64,000 nt of DNA, from positions 160,001 through 224,000 of the forward strand of contig CAVXWZ010000002.1 in assembly GCA_963765575.1 (NCBI GenBank), read 5' to 3'. Under the pieces are notes generated by a model. That model searched no databases, was not told the DNA's origin, and was given only the letters and a program-made list of their open reading frames with translations. The number at the start of each line of letters is the position of its first letter. Positions within the stretch are counted from its first letter, which is position 1. Positions 1 through 11,333 of the stretch are shown here, in pieces. This DNA comes from an uncultured cyanobacterium (GTDB taxonomy: Bacteria; Cyanobacteriota; Cyanobacteriia; PCC-6307; Cyanobiaceae). Made by a program: the position numbers and the translations under genes.

Positions 1-1143
1 ATGGCAGCCTCCCCCACACTCAACGCCCCGATGGCGACCATCGGCGTACCCACGGAAATCAAGCGTGACGAGCGGCGCGTGGCCCTCACTCCCGACGGGG
101 TGAGGGAGCTGGTGGGCCAGGGCATGGAAGTGCGGGTGCAGGCCGGCGCCGGCCTCGGCGCCGGCATCGACGACGAGGCCTTCGCTGCAGCCGGCGCCCG
201 CCTGGTGAGCTGCGAGGAGGCCTGGGCCGCCCACCTGGTGGTGAAGGTGAAGGAACCCCAGCCCGAAGAGTTCACGCACCTGCGTGCTGATCTGGTGCTG
301 TTCACCTACCTGCACCTGGCGGCCTACCCCGACGTGGGCCGTGCCCTGCTGGAGGCCGGCACCACCGCCGTGGCCTACGAGACCGTGCAGCTGGAGGACG
401 GCAGCCTGCCGCTGCTGGCGCCGATGAGTGAGATCGCCGGTCGCCTGGCGGCCCAGGTGGGGGCCCATCTGCTGGAGCGCCCCCATGGCGGGCGCGGGGT
501 GCTGATCGGTGGCTGCACCGGCGTGCGGCCGGCGCGGGTGGTGGTGCTCGGTGCCGGCACCGTGGGCTGGAATGCCGCCCGCATCGCCGCTGCCATGGAC
601 GCGGAGGTGTTGCTGCTCGACCGCTCCCCCCAGCGCCTGCGGGAGCGGGAGGCCGAGCGGCGTGGCCGGCTGGTGGGCCTGGTGAGCAGCCGCAGCCTGG
701 TGGAGCGCCTGGTGCCGGCGGCCGATCTGGTGATCGGCGCCGTGCTCACCCCCGGTGGCCGGGCGCCGACCCTGGTGGAGGAGGCGCTGGTGCAGCGCAT
801 GAAGCCCGGTTCGGTGATCGTGGATGTGGCCATCGACCAGGGGGGCTGCATCGCCACCAGCCGTGAAACCACCCACACCGATCCCGTGCACACCCTGCAC
901 GGTGTGCAGCACTACGCCGTGGGCAACATGCCCGGCGCCGTGCCGTTCACCTCCACCGAAGCGCTGGTGAGCGTCACCCTCCCCTACATCCTCGTGATGG
1001 CGGGCCGGGGGCTGGCGGAGGCGGTCACCGATCGGCCTGAACTGCTCTCCGGGCTCAACACCGCCGCCGGGGCGGTCTGCCACCCCGGCGTCGCCAGGGC
1101 CCTGGGTGTGGCCACCCGCCACCCGATGGCCTGCCTGCGCTGA
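1..1143 (+). CDS. ald: Alanine dehydrogenase
   Basis: [58 protein letters not shown] motifs; alternative start ATG at 31. Confidence 0.96.
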   Translation: MAASPTLNAPMATIGVPTEIKRDERRVALTPDGVRELVGQGMEVRVQAGAGLGAGIDDEAFAAAGARLVSCEEAWAAHLVVKVKEPQPEEFTHLRADLVLFTYLHLAAYPDVGRALLEAGTTAVAYETVQLEDGSLPLLAPMSEIAGRLAAQVGAHLLERPHGGRGVLIGGCTGVRPARVVVLGAGTVGWNAARIAAAMDAEVLLLDRSPQRLREREAERRGRLVGLVSSRSLVERLVPAADLVIGAVLTPGGRAPTLVEEALVQRMKPGSVIVDVAIDQGGCIATSRETTHTDPVHTLHGVQHYAVGNMPGAVPFTSTEALVSVTLPYILVMAGRGLAEAVTDRPELLSGLNTAAGAVCHPGVARALGVATRHPMACLR

Positions 1144-1165
1144 GGCTGACAGGAGCAGAACGGCC

Positions 1166-1603
1166 ATGCTGAATCCGGGCCGCCTGCGCATCCTGGCGGT
1201 GGGCAAGGTACGCAAAGGCTGGATCCGTGAGGGGGTGGAGCTCTACAGCCGCCGCCTGCCGGGCCTCTCGATCGTGGACATCCGCGACTCCACACCGGCC
1301 CGCGAAGCGGCGGCCATCGGCGCCGAGCTGCGCCCTGGTGAGCAGCTGGTGGTGCTGGCCGAGGAAGGGGGGCCTCTGGGGTCGGTGGCCTTCGCCGAAC
1401 GGCTGCGCGACTGCGGCTCAACCCGCCTGGCCTTCGCCATCGGTGGCGCCGACGGCCTGGCTGCCGAGCTGAAGGCCCGCGCCGCCTGGCGCCTCAGCCT
1501 CTCGGCGATGACGATTCCCCATGAGCTGGCGCGCCTGCTGCTGCTGGAGCAGCTCTACAGGGCCCAGGCGATCCTCCAGGGCAGTCCCTACCACCGCCCC
1601 TGA
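1166..1603 (+). CDS. rlmH: 23S rRNA (pseudouridine-1915-N3)-methyltransferase RlmH
   Basis: [48 protein letters not shown] at 1151-1155 supports ATG 1166. Confidence 0.95.
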   Translation: MLNPGRLRILAVGKVRKGWIREGVELYSRRLPGLSIVDIRDSTPAREAAAIGAELRPGEQLVVLAEEGGPLGSVAFAERLRDCGSTRLAFAIGGADGLAAELKARAAWRLSLSAMTIPHELARLLLLEQLYRAQAILQGSPYHRP

Positions 1604-1615
1604 GTCCGCCCCCTG

Positions 1616-2719
1616 TCAGCCCTGCAGCGGCGCCAGGGGGCGGCGCAGGGCAGCCGGGGCCAGGCCCTCGCGCAGGGCCAGCACCAGCCCGGCGGCCTCG
1701 GCATAACTGCTGGCGTTCAGCACCATGGCGCCGTCCTGCTCCAGAGCCAACGCTGCGGCAGTGACCTCCAGCAGGCAGGGGTTGTCGACCGCGATCAGGG
1801 GAACCCCACGCTCCACGCTGGCCAGCACCCCCTCGCCCCCCAGGGCACCGGCCGGGGCGACCACCGCACCAATCCGCTCGCTGTCGAGCAGCAGGCCAGC
1901 CGCCGCTGGGGGCTGGCCCGCAGGCGCCCCCCACAGCGGCAGCAGATCCGGCGCCCGGCTGAGGCCCACCAGCACACAGGGCAGGAAGGTGGTGCCCAGT
2001 TCCTCGCCGGCGGCGCGGGGATCAAGACCGGGCTGCAGCGGCAGGGGCCGCAGGGCGGGGGCGTGGGCGCAGGGAAGGCAGAGGTGCCGGCTGAGCAGAT
2101 GGCTGATCACCGCCTCGGCCCCCGCCAGCGCGTCCACACCCACACCCTGCCGGTAGGCCGCCAGCGCCTCGCTGTGGGGATCGTCGGGGAAGCGGGCCAC
2201 CACGGCGATGGCTGTGGCACCGGCATCCCGTAGTCGCTCCCCCGCCCGCAGCAGGGCATCAGGCCGCCCCAGAGTGCCCCAGCTGACGCCGCTCGGCCCC
2301 CGCTCCAGGCTCACGGCCAGGGGCTCCTCGGTGGTCACCACCGCTGCGATATCCAATCCCAGCGTGGCCCGGCAACCATCGGCCACCTGCAGGTGGCGCA
2401 GGCGCAGGTCCTCCTCGATGCCGGCATCCAGCAACAATCCCAGACGCTGGCGCCGCACCACCCGCAGGGCCAGGTCGCCGGCGGCGAAGCGATCCAGGGC
2501 CCAGCCCTCCACGTAGTGGATGCGCGGGTCGCTCCAGTAGAGCGCCGCGCCGTTGATCACGTTGGGATGGGTGATCAGGCAGCCGCTGGCCGCCGCCAGC
2601 AGACGGGCCGCTGGCAGGGCATCGCCGGCATAGCCACCGGTGGCACAGCCCACTCCCGTGGGCAGCACCAGCAGGGTGGGCAGGACGTCCGCTGTGGCCA
2701 GGGCCATGGCGACGGTCAT
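1616..2719 (-). CDS. DUF3326 domain protein
   Basis: PTGVGCATGGYAGDALP, LITHPNV.NGA.LYW, VDALAGAEAVISH, AHAP motifs; ATGA overlap with the upstream small ORF. Confidence 0.88.
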   Translation of the reverse strand: MTVAMALATADVLPTLLVLPTGVGCATGGYAGDALPAARLLAAASGCLITHPNVINGAALYWSDPRIHYVEGWALDRFAAGDLALRVVRRQRLGLLLDAGIEEDLRLRHLQVADGCRATLGLDIAAVVTTEEPLAVSLERGPSGVSWGTLGRPDALLRAGERLRDAGATAIAVVARFPDDPHSEALAAYRQGVGVDALAGAEAVISHLLSRHLCLPCAHAPALRPLPLQPGLDPRAAGEELGTTFLPCVLVGLSRAPDLLPLWGAPAGQPPAAAGLLLDSERIGAVVAPAGALGGEGVLASVERGVPLIAVDNPCLLEVTAAALALEQDGAMVLNASSYAEAAGLVLALREGLAPAALRRPLAPLQG

Positions 2720-2895
2720 CGCCCTGGTGAGGTGATGAGCACCACCGCCTCCAGGCAGAGATCGTCGCCGTCCACGGCGGTGATCGCCCAGCGCAGCGGC
2801 TCGCCATGGGGGGCCAGGGCAGCCTTGATCTGGGGCCGCAACGCCCCCGGCCGGCGGCGAAACCGCAGCACCAGGGGACGCAGGGTCACCGTCAC
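2716..2895 (-). CDS. Small conserved cyanobacterial hypothetical protein (59 aa; not in the ORF track)
   Basis: Hand translation from GTG 2895: MTVTLRPLVLRFRRRPGALRPQIKAALAPHGEPLRWAITAVDGDDLCLEAVVLITSPGR*; its stop overlaps the DUF3326 start (ATGA). Confidence 0.75.
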   Translation of the reverse strand: MTVTLRPLVLRFRRRPGALRPQIKAALAPHGEPLRWAITAVDGDDLCLEAVVLITSPGR

Positions 2896-2932
2896 AGGGC
2901 TGGGGGGGGCTGGCTGGCTGAACCCATCCCCA

Positions 2933-3256
2933 TCATTTCTGAAACTGACCGAACTGGATCTCGTAGAGGGCGTCCTCCATGCCTCCCTGGAGCTTCAGAT
3001 CGCTGCGGGGGCTGGCCACGCAGAGCAGGGCATAGCCCTGTTGCTGGAGTTCGGCTTTGACGCCCATGGCGTCGGGCTGGTGCACCGTGCCCTCCTTGAT
3101 CAAGGCGGCGCAGGTGGTGCAGACCCCCGAACAACAGGAACTGGGCAGCGGCACAGCGGCCGCCTCCGCGGCGGCCAGAACCGTCTGGTCATCGCGGCAG
3201 GGGAAGGTGTAGGTCTCGCCTGCATAGGTGGCGACAACGGTGAAGCTGGCACTCAT
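2933..3256 (-). CDS. Plant-type 2Fe-2S ferredoxin
   Basis: LPSSCCSGVCTTC and ALLCVA cysteine pattern; C-terminal LYEIQFG. Confidence 0.93.
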   Translation of the reverse strand: MSASFTVVATYAGETYTFPCRDDQTVLAAAEAAAVPLPSSCCSGVCTTCAALIKEGTVHQPDAMGVKAELQQQGYALLCVASPRSDLKLQGGMEDALYEIQFGQFQK

Positions 3257-3294
3257 GGGTGATTGCGCATGGATTCAGGACCGCCGCGAGCGCT

Positions 3295-4059
3295 TCAGCC
3301 CGGCTGGCCCCCATCTTCCGTGATCGCCTGCCACTGACAGGGGTGGGGCGCCAGGTATTCGGGCGGGGCCTGGCCTGCGGAGGTGGGTGGAGCGGTGAGG
3401 GCGAAATCGATACTCAGCGAACAGCGCAGATCATCGGGATCGTCGTTGGCCAGCACGGCATGGTCGATGCAGGAGGGGAACAACAGCAGCAGCCCAGCCC
3501 GCGGCGCCACATCCAGCCATGGGCGGGTCCAGGCCGTGGGCGTCAGGGGGCCACCGTGGCCCACGCCCAGACCCGGCACCAGCTCATTGAGCTGGCGGGG
3601 TGGCCAGAGGCGCAGGCAGCCGCTACGGCCGCTGCCATCGCCACTGAGGTAGTAAACCGCGCTCAGATGGGCATTGGGGTGGTGGTGGCGCCCCACCACC
3701 TGTCCCGGTTCACTGAGCACGGGCCAGCAACGCTGCAGATGCAGGGCCACCCGCTGGCGATCGAAACCGAGCTGCTGGAGGTATCGGCTGGCGTGGCCGC
3801 TGAGCTCGTCGATCAGGGGGGCGAATGCAGGGTGATGCTGCAGCTGCCAGACGCCATTGAGGTCACCGGTCCAGGCGCAGCCTGGATCGGGGTTGCTCTC
3901 GGCGGCACCTCGCAGGGCATGCAGGGCCTGCAACTGCCCGGCCAGATCCAGAGGATCTGGATGCAACTGCACCTGGCCCAGAGCCAACGGAAACAGGGAC
4001 TCGATGGCCAGCACGGGAGCCCCTGAGAGCGGAGCCCCTGAGAGCGGAGATGGAGGCAT
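3295..4059 (-). CDS. Putative 2OG-Fe(II) oxygenase, TIGR02466 family
   Basis: HHHPNAHLSAVYY, LLFPSCIDHAV, RCSLSIDF; start uncertain (4059 or 4062). Confidence 0.8.
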   Translation of the reverse strand: MPPSPLSGAPLSGAPVLAIESLFPLALGQVQLHPDPLDLAGQLQALHALRGAAESNPDPGCAWTGDLNGVWQLQHHPAFAPLIDELSGHASRYLQQLGFDRQRVALHLQRCWPVLSEPGQVVGRHHHPNAHLSAVYYLSGDGSGRSGCLRLWPPRQLNELVPGLGVGHGGPLTPTAWTRPWLDVAPRAGLLLLFPSCIDHAVLANDDPDDLRCSLSIDFALTAPPTSAGQAPPEYLAPHPCQWQAITEDGGQPG

Positions 4060-4104
4060 CAAGCGGCGTCCAGCTGGGGTCAGGGGCAGACCTCAGACGA
4101 GCCC

Positions 4105-5058
4105 TCAGACAGAGGCCGTCGAGCCGCCGACCACCTCCAGAATCTCCTGGGTGATGGCAGCCTGGCGAGCCTTGTTGTAGTCGAGGGTGAGGGTCTTGGC
4201 CAACGCCTTGGCGTTGTCGCTGGCGTTGTTCATGGCCGTCATGCGGCTGGCCAGCTCCGAGGCCGCCGCTTCCTGAAGGGAGCGCAGCAGCTGATTTTGG
4301 ACGTAGAGCGGCAACAGCGCATCGAGCAGCTGCTCGGGGCTCTGCTCGAAGATGATGTCCGCAGGCAGGGCCGGGGTCTCATTGGGCTCGTTGCCAGCCT
4401 CCACCACCAAGCGACCGGCACGGGTGGTGAGTCGGAAGATCTCATCCTCCGGCGTGGCGATGCCCTGGGGATCAAGGGGCAGGAGCGTCTGGATCACCGG
4501 CCGCGAACTCACCAGGTTGATGAACTTGGTAAAGATCATTTCCACACGGTCTGAGGAACCGGAAAGGAATCCAGCCAGGATTTCATTGGCAATTTCACCA
4601 GCCTCCTCGGCATTGGGGACCTGCTCCAGCCCGGTGAAGGTGGCTCGCACCGTGTAGGTGTCGCGGCGGTTCTGGAAGTAGGTGATGGCCTTGCGGCCGA
4701 TCAACACCAGATCAACCTTGTAGCCCTGGCCCACGAGTTCAGCGAACCGCTGCTCGGTGCGCTTGATGATGTTGGCGTTGTAGCCACCACAAAGGCCACG
4801 ATCACCCGTCACCGCCAGAAGCGTGATGCTTTCGAGGCTGCGACTGGTGAGCAGGGGGACATCGGCATCGGCGAAGCCGATGCGCGATTGCAGGTTCTCG
4901 AGCACCCGGGCGAGGCGATCGGCGAATGGGCGGCTGCGCAAGACCTGCTCCTGGGCACGCCGCACTTTGGCTGCCGCCACGAGGCGCATGGCCTCGGTGA
5001 TCTTGCGTGTGTTCTTGACCGAGCTGATGCGGTCGCGGATTTCCTTGAGATTGGCCAT
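4105..5058 (-). CDS. atpG: ATP synthase F1 gamma subunit (cyanobacterial name atpC)
   Basis: [36 protein letters not shown]; cyanobacterial insert EDEIFRLTT. Confidence 0.98.
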   Translation of the reverse strand: MANLKEIRDRISSVKNTRKITEAMRLVAAAKVRRAQEQVLRSRPFADRLARVLENLQSRIGFADADVPLLTSRSLESITLLAVTGDRGLCGGYNANIIKRTEQRFAELVGQGYKVDLVLIGRKAITYFQNRRDTYTVRATFTGLEQVPNAEEAGEIANEILAGFLSGSSDRVEMIFTKFINLVSSRPVIQTLLPLDPQGIATPEDEIFRLTTRAGRLVVEAGNEPNETPALPADIIFEQSPEQLLDALLPLYVQNQLLRSLQEAAASELASRMTAMNNASDNAKALAKTLTLDYNKARQAAITQEILEVVGGSTASV

Positions 5059-5070
5059 CGGCTGGGTTCC

Positions 5071-7242
<2,172 letters not shown>

Positions 7243-7243
<1 letters not shown>

Positions 7244-7773
7244 CAGGCGTTCCCCAGCTTCTGGATGGACTGATCAATCAGGCGCGCCTGGGCATCCCCA
7301 TCAAGCCTGCCGGGCAGGGTGGCAAGGGCCTGCTCAATGGCCTGGCGGGCGGCTTCACGGCGCAGCAGGGCCGTGACACGGGAGGCCTCGGCCTTGAGAT
7401 CGGCACTGGCGTCTTCTTTCAGCCGGGCCATCTCCTCAAGGGTGCGCTGCTGACTGTCAGAGCGCACCGCCTCGGCGCGGGCCTGGCCATCAAGGCGAAT
7501 CTTCTCGGCCTTCTGCTGGGCCGCCGCCAGGTCCTGCTGGGCCTGAGTGAGGGCGGTGGAGCCGGCCTGGAGGCGCTGCTCAGCATCGGCGAGTTCGGCA
7601 AGAATGCCCTGGCGACGGCGCTCCAGGATCCCGCCCAGAAAGCCACGCAGGAACCACACCAGAACCCCGATCACAATGATCAGGTTGATCAGGTTGGTCT
7701 CGAAAAGATTGAGATTGAGCCCGAACCCACCCTGATGAGCGAACAGGGCGGTGGTGGCGAAGGAGACACTCAT
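7243..7773 (-). CDS. atpF: ATP synthase F0 subunit b
   Basis: FGLNLNLFETNLINLII transmembrane segment followed by a coiled coil. Confidence 0.95.
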
Positions 7774-8264
7774 CAGGCTGCGAGCAGGCGATCGACGATG
7801 AGGAGGCCGAGTTGGTCGGCCTCAGAACGCAGCGAGGCCAAGGCCTCGGATTTTTCAGCTTCAATCTGGGTGCGAGCCTTTTCCCTTACGGCAATCGCTT
7901 CGGCCTGGGCGGTGGCGAGCGCAGCTCTGTAGAGCTGGTCGGCCTCCTGCTCGGCTTCAACGATCAGGGCCTGGGAGTCCTGGCGGGCCTCGCGCAACCG
8001 CTCGGCCAGATCGCCGGCCAGCCGCTCAGCCTGGGCCAGCTTCTGCTTGGCCTCGGCCCGGCTGGTGGTGATGTAGCCCTCACGCTCCTCGACCGCTCGT
8101 CCAACGGGACGGAAGAACAGGGCATTGAGGATGAAGGTGAGCAGCACCACCTGCACCGCCATCAGCGGCAGGGTGGCGTCGAGGTCAAAAAGACCCCCCT
8201 TCGAGGCATCGGTTGCTGCGCCGTTGACGGCATCAGCGGAGGCGAGCAGAAGCCAGCTGGTCAT
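7773..8264 (-). CDS. atpF2: ATP synthase F0 subunit b' (cyanobacterial name atpG)
   Basis: [25 protein letters not shown]. Confidence 0.95.
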   Translation of the reverse strand: MTSWLLLASADAVNGAATDASKGGLFDLDATLPLMAVQVVLLTFILNALFFRPVGRAVEEREGYITTSRAEAKQKLAQAERLAGDLAERLREARQDSQALIVEAEQEADQLYRAALATAQAEAIAVREKARTQIEAEKSEALASLRSEADQLGLLIVDRLLAA

Positions 8265-8337
8265 GGGCAAGGGAGCGCCGAAATGGAAGGAGAAGCCGTC
8301 ACGAAGGGGCCGTTGTCAGCGGCCCCACGGGGCGTGA

Positions 8338-8690
<353 letters not shown>

Positions 8691-8758
8691 GCGTTGAGTT
8701 TGGCAGACGGCCTGCTCGCTGCTTCAGCAGGCGGCCGCCAGGGAGCCAGGCGAGAGGT

Positions 8759-9487
8759 TTAGTGATGTTCCTCGTGCACGGCCTCACCGATGTAGTTGGC
8801 CGCCAGGGTCGCAAAGATCAGGGCCTGAATGGCACTGGTGAACAGCCCGAGGAACATGGCAGGCAGCGGCACAATCAACGGCACCAGGAAAGCCAGAACC
8901 GCAACCACCAGTTCGTCGGCGAGGATGTTGCCGAACAGACGGAAGGAGAGCGAGAGCGGCTTGGTGAAATCCTCGATGATCTTGAAGGGGAGCATGATCG
9001 GGGTGGGATCCACGTAATACTCGAAGTACCGCAGCCCCTTTCGGCTCAAGCCGGCATAGAAATAGGAGAGAGACACCAGCAATGCCAACGCAACCGTGGT
9101 GTTGATGTCAGCGGTGGGTGCACCCAGCTCACCGTTGGGAAGTTCGATGATCCGCCACGGGATCAGGGCACCGCCCCAGTTGCACACGAAGATGAACAGG
9201 AACAGGGTGCCGATGAAGGGAAGCCAATCGCGGTAAGCCTTCTCACCGATCTGCTCGCGGGCCAGATCCCGCAGGTAGGTCCACAGATACTCCAAAAGGT
9301 TCTGCACACCGCGAGGATCGCGCTTCATGTTTCGACTTCCCAGAACCACAAGCGCGAGCAGGGCAGAGATCACCACCCACGAGCTCAGGAACACCTGGCC
9401 ATGAAGATGGAGATTGCCGAGTTGCCAGTAGAACTGCTGACCCACCTCCAGTTCGGCGAACGGAAGGGCGAGGGGCAAGGGAACCAT
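8759..9487 (-). CDS. atpB: ATP synthase F0 subunit a
   Basis: [35 protein letters not shown]. Confidence 0.97.
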   Translation of the reverse strand: MVPLPLALPFAELEVGQQFYWQLGNLHLHGQVFLSSWVVISALLALVVLGSRNMKRDPRGVQNLLEYLWTYLRDLAREQIGEKAYRDWLPFIGTLFLFIFVCNWGGALIPWRIIELPNGELGAPTADINTTVALALLVSLSYFYAGLSRKGLRYFEYYVDPTPIMLPFKIIEDFTKPLSLSFRLFGNILADELVVAVLAFLVPLIVPLPAMFLGLFTSAIQALIFATLAANYIGEAVHEEHH

Positions 9488-9501
9488 GGGAAGCGGTTGG
9501 T

Positions 9502-9969
9502 TCAGGGGGTGATGAAGGCCTGCAGCAGCAGGGCCGGTTTGTAGAGCACAAAACCGGCCAGGGCCGGCAGAATCTCGATGGCAGGCACGCGGGTAGCGGC
9601 CACCACCAGCAGGGCTGGAACCAGGATCTGAAAGCGCCCCAGGGAGCGCGAATCAGGTCCGATCCGGCCCACGCTGCGGGCCAGCAGCCGAAGATAGAGC
9701 AGGCCGCAGGTGCCACCCAGAAACAGGCTGCGGGCAGCCTGCGCACCGAACAGGGGCCAGCAGATGCCGCTGACCACGATGGTCACCAGCAGGGTGGCCA
9801 AGAGCAGACGACGCTGAAGCCGGCCATACTCATCAGGAGCGCTGAGCGCGCCTGCGGTATCGGGTCCATCGCCATTGGCTTCCACCTTGACGCCACCTGG
9901 AACGCCAGTTGTGCTCTCTGTCGCGGCCAGTGGTGTGGCGTCGGTGTGGGCGGCGATGGAAGCCTGCAA
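9502..9969 (-). CDS. atpI: ATP synthase protein I (Atp1)
   Basis: [10 protein letters not shown].. four hydrophobic segments, [20 protein letters not shown]; start uncertain (TTG 9969 or GTG 10002). Confidence 0.85.
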   Translation of the reverse strand: MQASIAAHTDATPLAATESTTGVPGGVKVEANGDGPDTAGALSAPDEYGRLQRRLLLATLLVTIVVSGICWPLFGAQAARSLFLGGTCGLLYLRLLARSVGRIGPDSRSLGRFQILVPALLVVAATRVPAIEILPALAGFVLYKPALLLQAFITP

Positions 9970-10008
9970 GCGCCTGGCGCAGATGCTCGCGCAACTTATC
10001 ACGCAGCG

Positions 10009-11208
10009 TTAGGCCACCAACTGCAACACTCCCTGCGCCATCAGGCGCCGGGCCCGGTGGCAGCGCTCGCCAGGCGCGAGCTCCAGCGGCAGCTCCCCCA
10101 GCGGGCAATGCGGAGCCGCTTCGGCGGCCCGCACCAGCTCCAGATCTTGCTGATCGATGGACAGGGGCATCAGGTCGGGGCCCAGCAATCCGGTCGCAGG
10201 CCAGCCCCAGAGGCAACGATTGCGCTGTCCCCGGGCGGCCAGCAGGGCGGCATCCTCAGCCCAGTTGTGGCGCTGCAGCGGTCCCTTGACGAGGAAGAAC
10301 TCAAAGTGGCTGATATCGGGATCGAGGTCCTCCACCAGGGCCCAGCGCTCCAGCTCCGGCAGGGCCAGGGCCCGCTCCAGCAGCTCTCCGCTGAGCAGCC
10401 GGGCGGGATCCCAGACCTGGGGGTTGGAGAAGCCGGCGAACTGCAGATCCGCGCTGGCCACGAAGGCCATCAGCCGCCGCAGGTCATAACTGCTCTCCTG
10501 GGGATGCAGGTACATATCGGCGAAATTGGCATCCGCCCTGGTATCCAGGGCCCAGCGCTGCTCGTGGTGACGGCGCAGGCGATTGGTTTCCGGCAGATCG
10601 CTGAACAGCCCGCGGCCCAGGCGCAGCCCTTCCCCATCGCCAGCCACCCCCAGACGGCAGAGGCTGCGTTGAAGGCGATGGATCTCCCAACGCCCCCCAT
10701 CGGCATACAGGAAGAGATGCAGGAGGCCCCCGGGAGCCAGCAGATCAGCCAGGGCCCGCAACCCGGCTTCCGGTTCGCGTAGGTGGTGCAGCACCCCCAC
10801 GGAATTGATGTAGTCGAATGGCCCCTGCCCGGCCAGATCCAGCAGGCTGCGCTGCTCCAGGCGCAGCTCCACCACCTGGTCGGCAGCACCGGAGCGGCGG
10901 GTGCGTTCCCGCGCCACTTCCAGGGCACCGGCGCTGATGTCCACCGCCAGCACGGAGCTGGACGGATTCAGGTGACAGAGGTAGTCGGTGCTCACGCCTG
11001 TGCCGCAGCCGGCATCGAGGATCCGCCAGGGCCGCACACCGCCCGGCGGGGGCGGCGGCAAGGCACCGTTGCAGAAGGCCTTGACGCTGTCCACACACCA
11101 ACGCCAGTTGTAGCCGGGAGGGGGACCGTCCTGCAGGGGATCGGCCGGATAGGGGAAGCGGTCGTAAAAGGCGCTCACCACCGGGGTGGCGGCATCGCTG
11201 GCTGGCAC
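10009..11208 (-). CDS. Class I SAM-dependent methyltransferase
   Basis: ILDAGCGTG, VLAVDIS, FDYINSVGVLHH; FYDRFPYP..PPPGYNWRW N-terminus. Confidence 0.9.
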   Translation of the reverse strand: MPASDAATPVVSAFYDRFPYPADPLQDGPPPGYNWRWCVDSVKAFCNGALPPPPPGGVRPWRILDAGCGTGVSTDYLCHLNPSSSVLAVDISAGALEVARERTRRSGAADQVVELRLEQRSLLDLAGQGPFDYINSVGVLHHLREPEAGLRALADLLAPGGLLHLFLYADGGRWEIHRLQRSLCRLGVAGDGEGLRLGRGLFSDLPETNRLRRHHEQRWALDTRADANFADMYLHPQESSYDLRRLMAFVASADLQFAGFSNPQVWDPARLLSGELLERALALPELERWALVEDLDPDISHFEFFLVKGPLQRHNWAEDAALLAARGQRNRCLWGWPATGLLGPDLMPLSIDQQDLELVRAAEAAPHCPLGELPLELAPGERCHRARRLMAQGVLQLVA

Positions 11209-11256
11209 GGCTGGTGGATCGCTGCAGCGAGCATTTCACGCTGGCGGCGCCAAGGC

Positions 11257-11308
11257 TGCAAACATTTGTTCATCCCCTCCCGGGGCTTTCGGGGGGCAGC
11301 CGTAAGTT
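11257..11308 (+). promoter_or_regulatory. Putative apcE promoter: reverse HLR1-like (RpaB) repeat plus -10 box
   Basis: TGCAAACATTTGTTCA 11257-11272 (reverse complement TGAACA-N4-TTTGCA); TAAGTT at 11303-11308, 30 nt downstream. Confidence 0.5.
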
Positions 11309-11333
11309 GACCCAGCCCGGTTCGCTCTCGTCC

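Noticed and set aside
4016..4049. 15-bp tandem duplication GGAGCCCCTGAGAGC x2
   Set aside because: In-frame PLSGA duplication in a variable N-terminus; no spacers, so not CRISPR or a mobile element.
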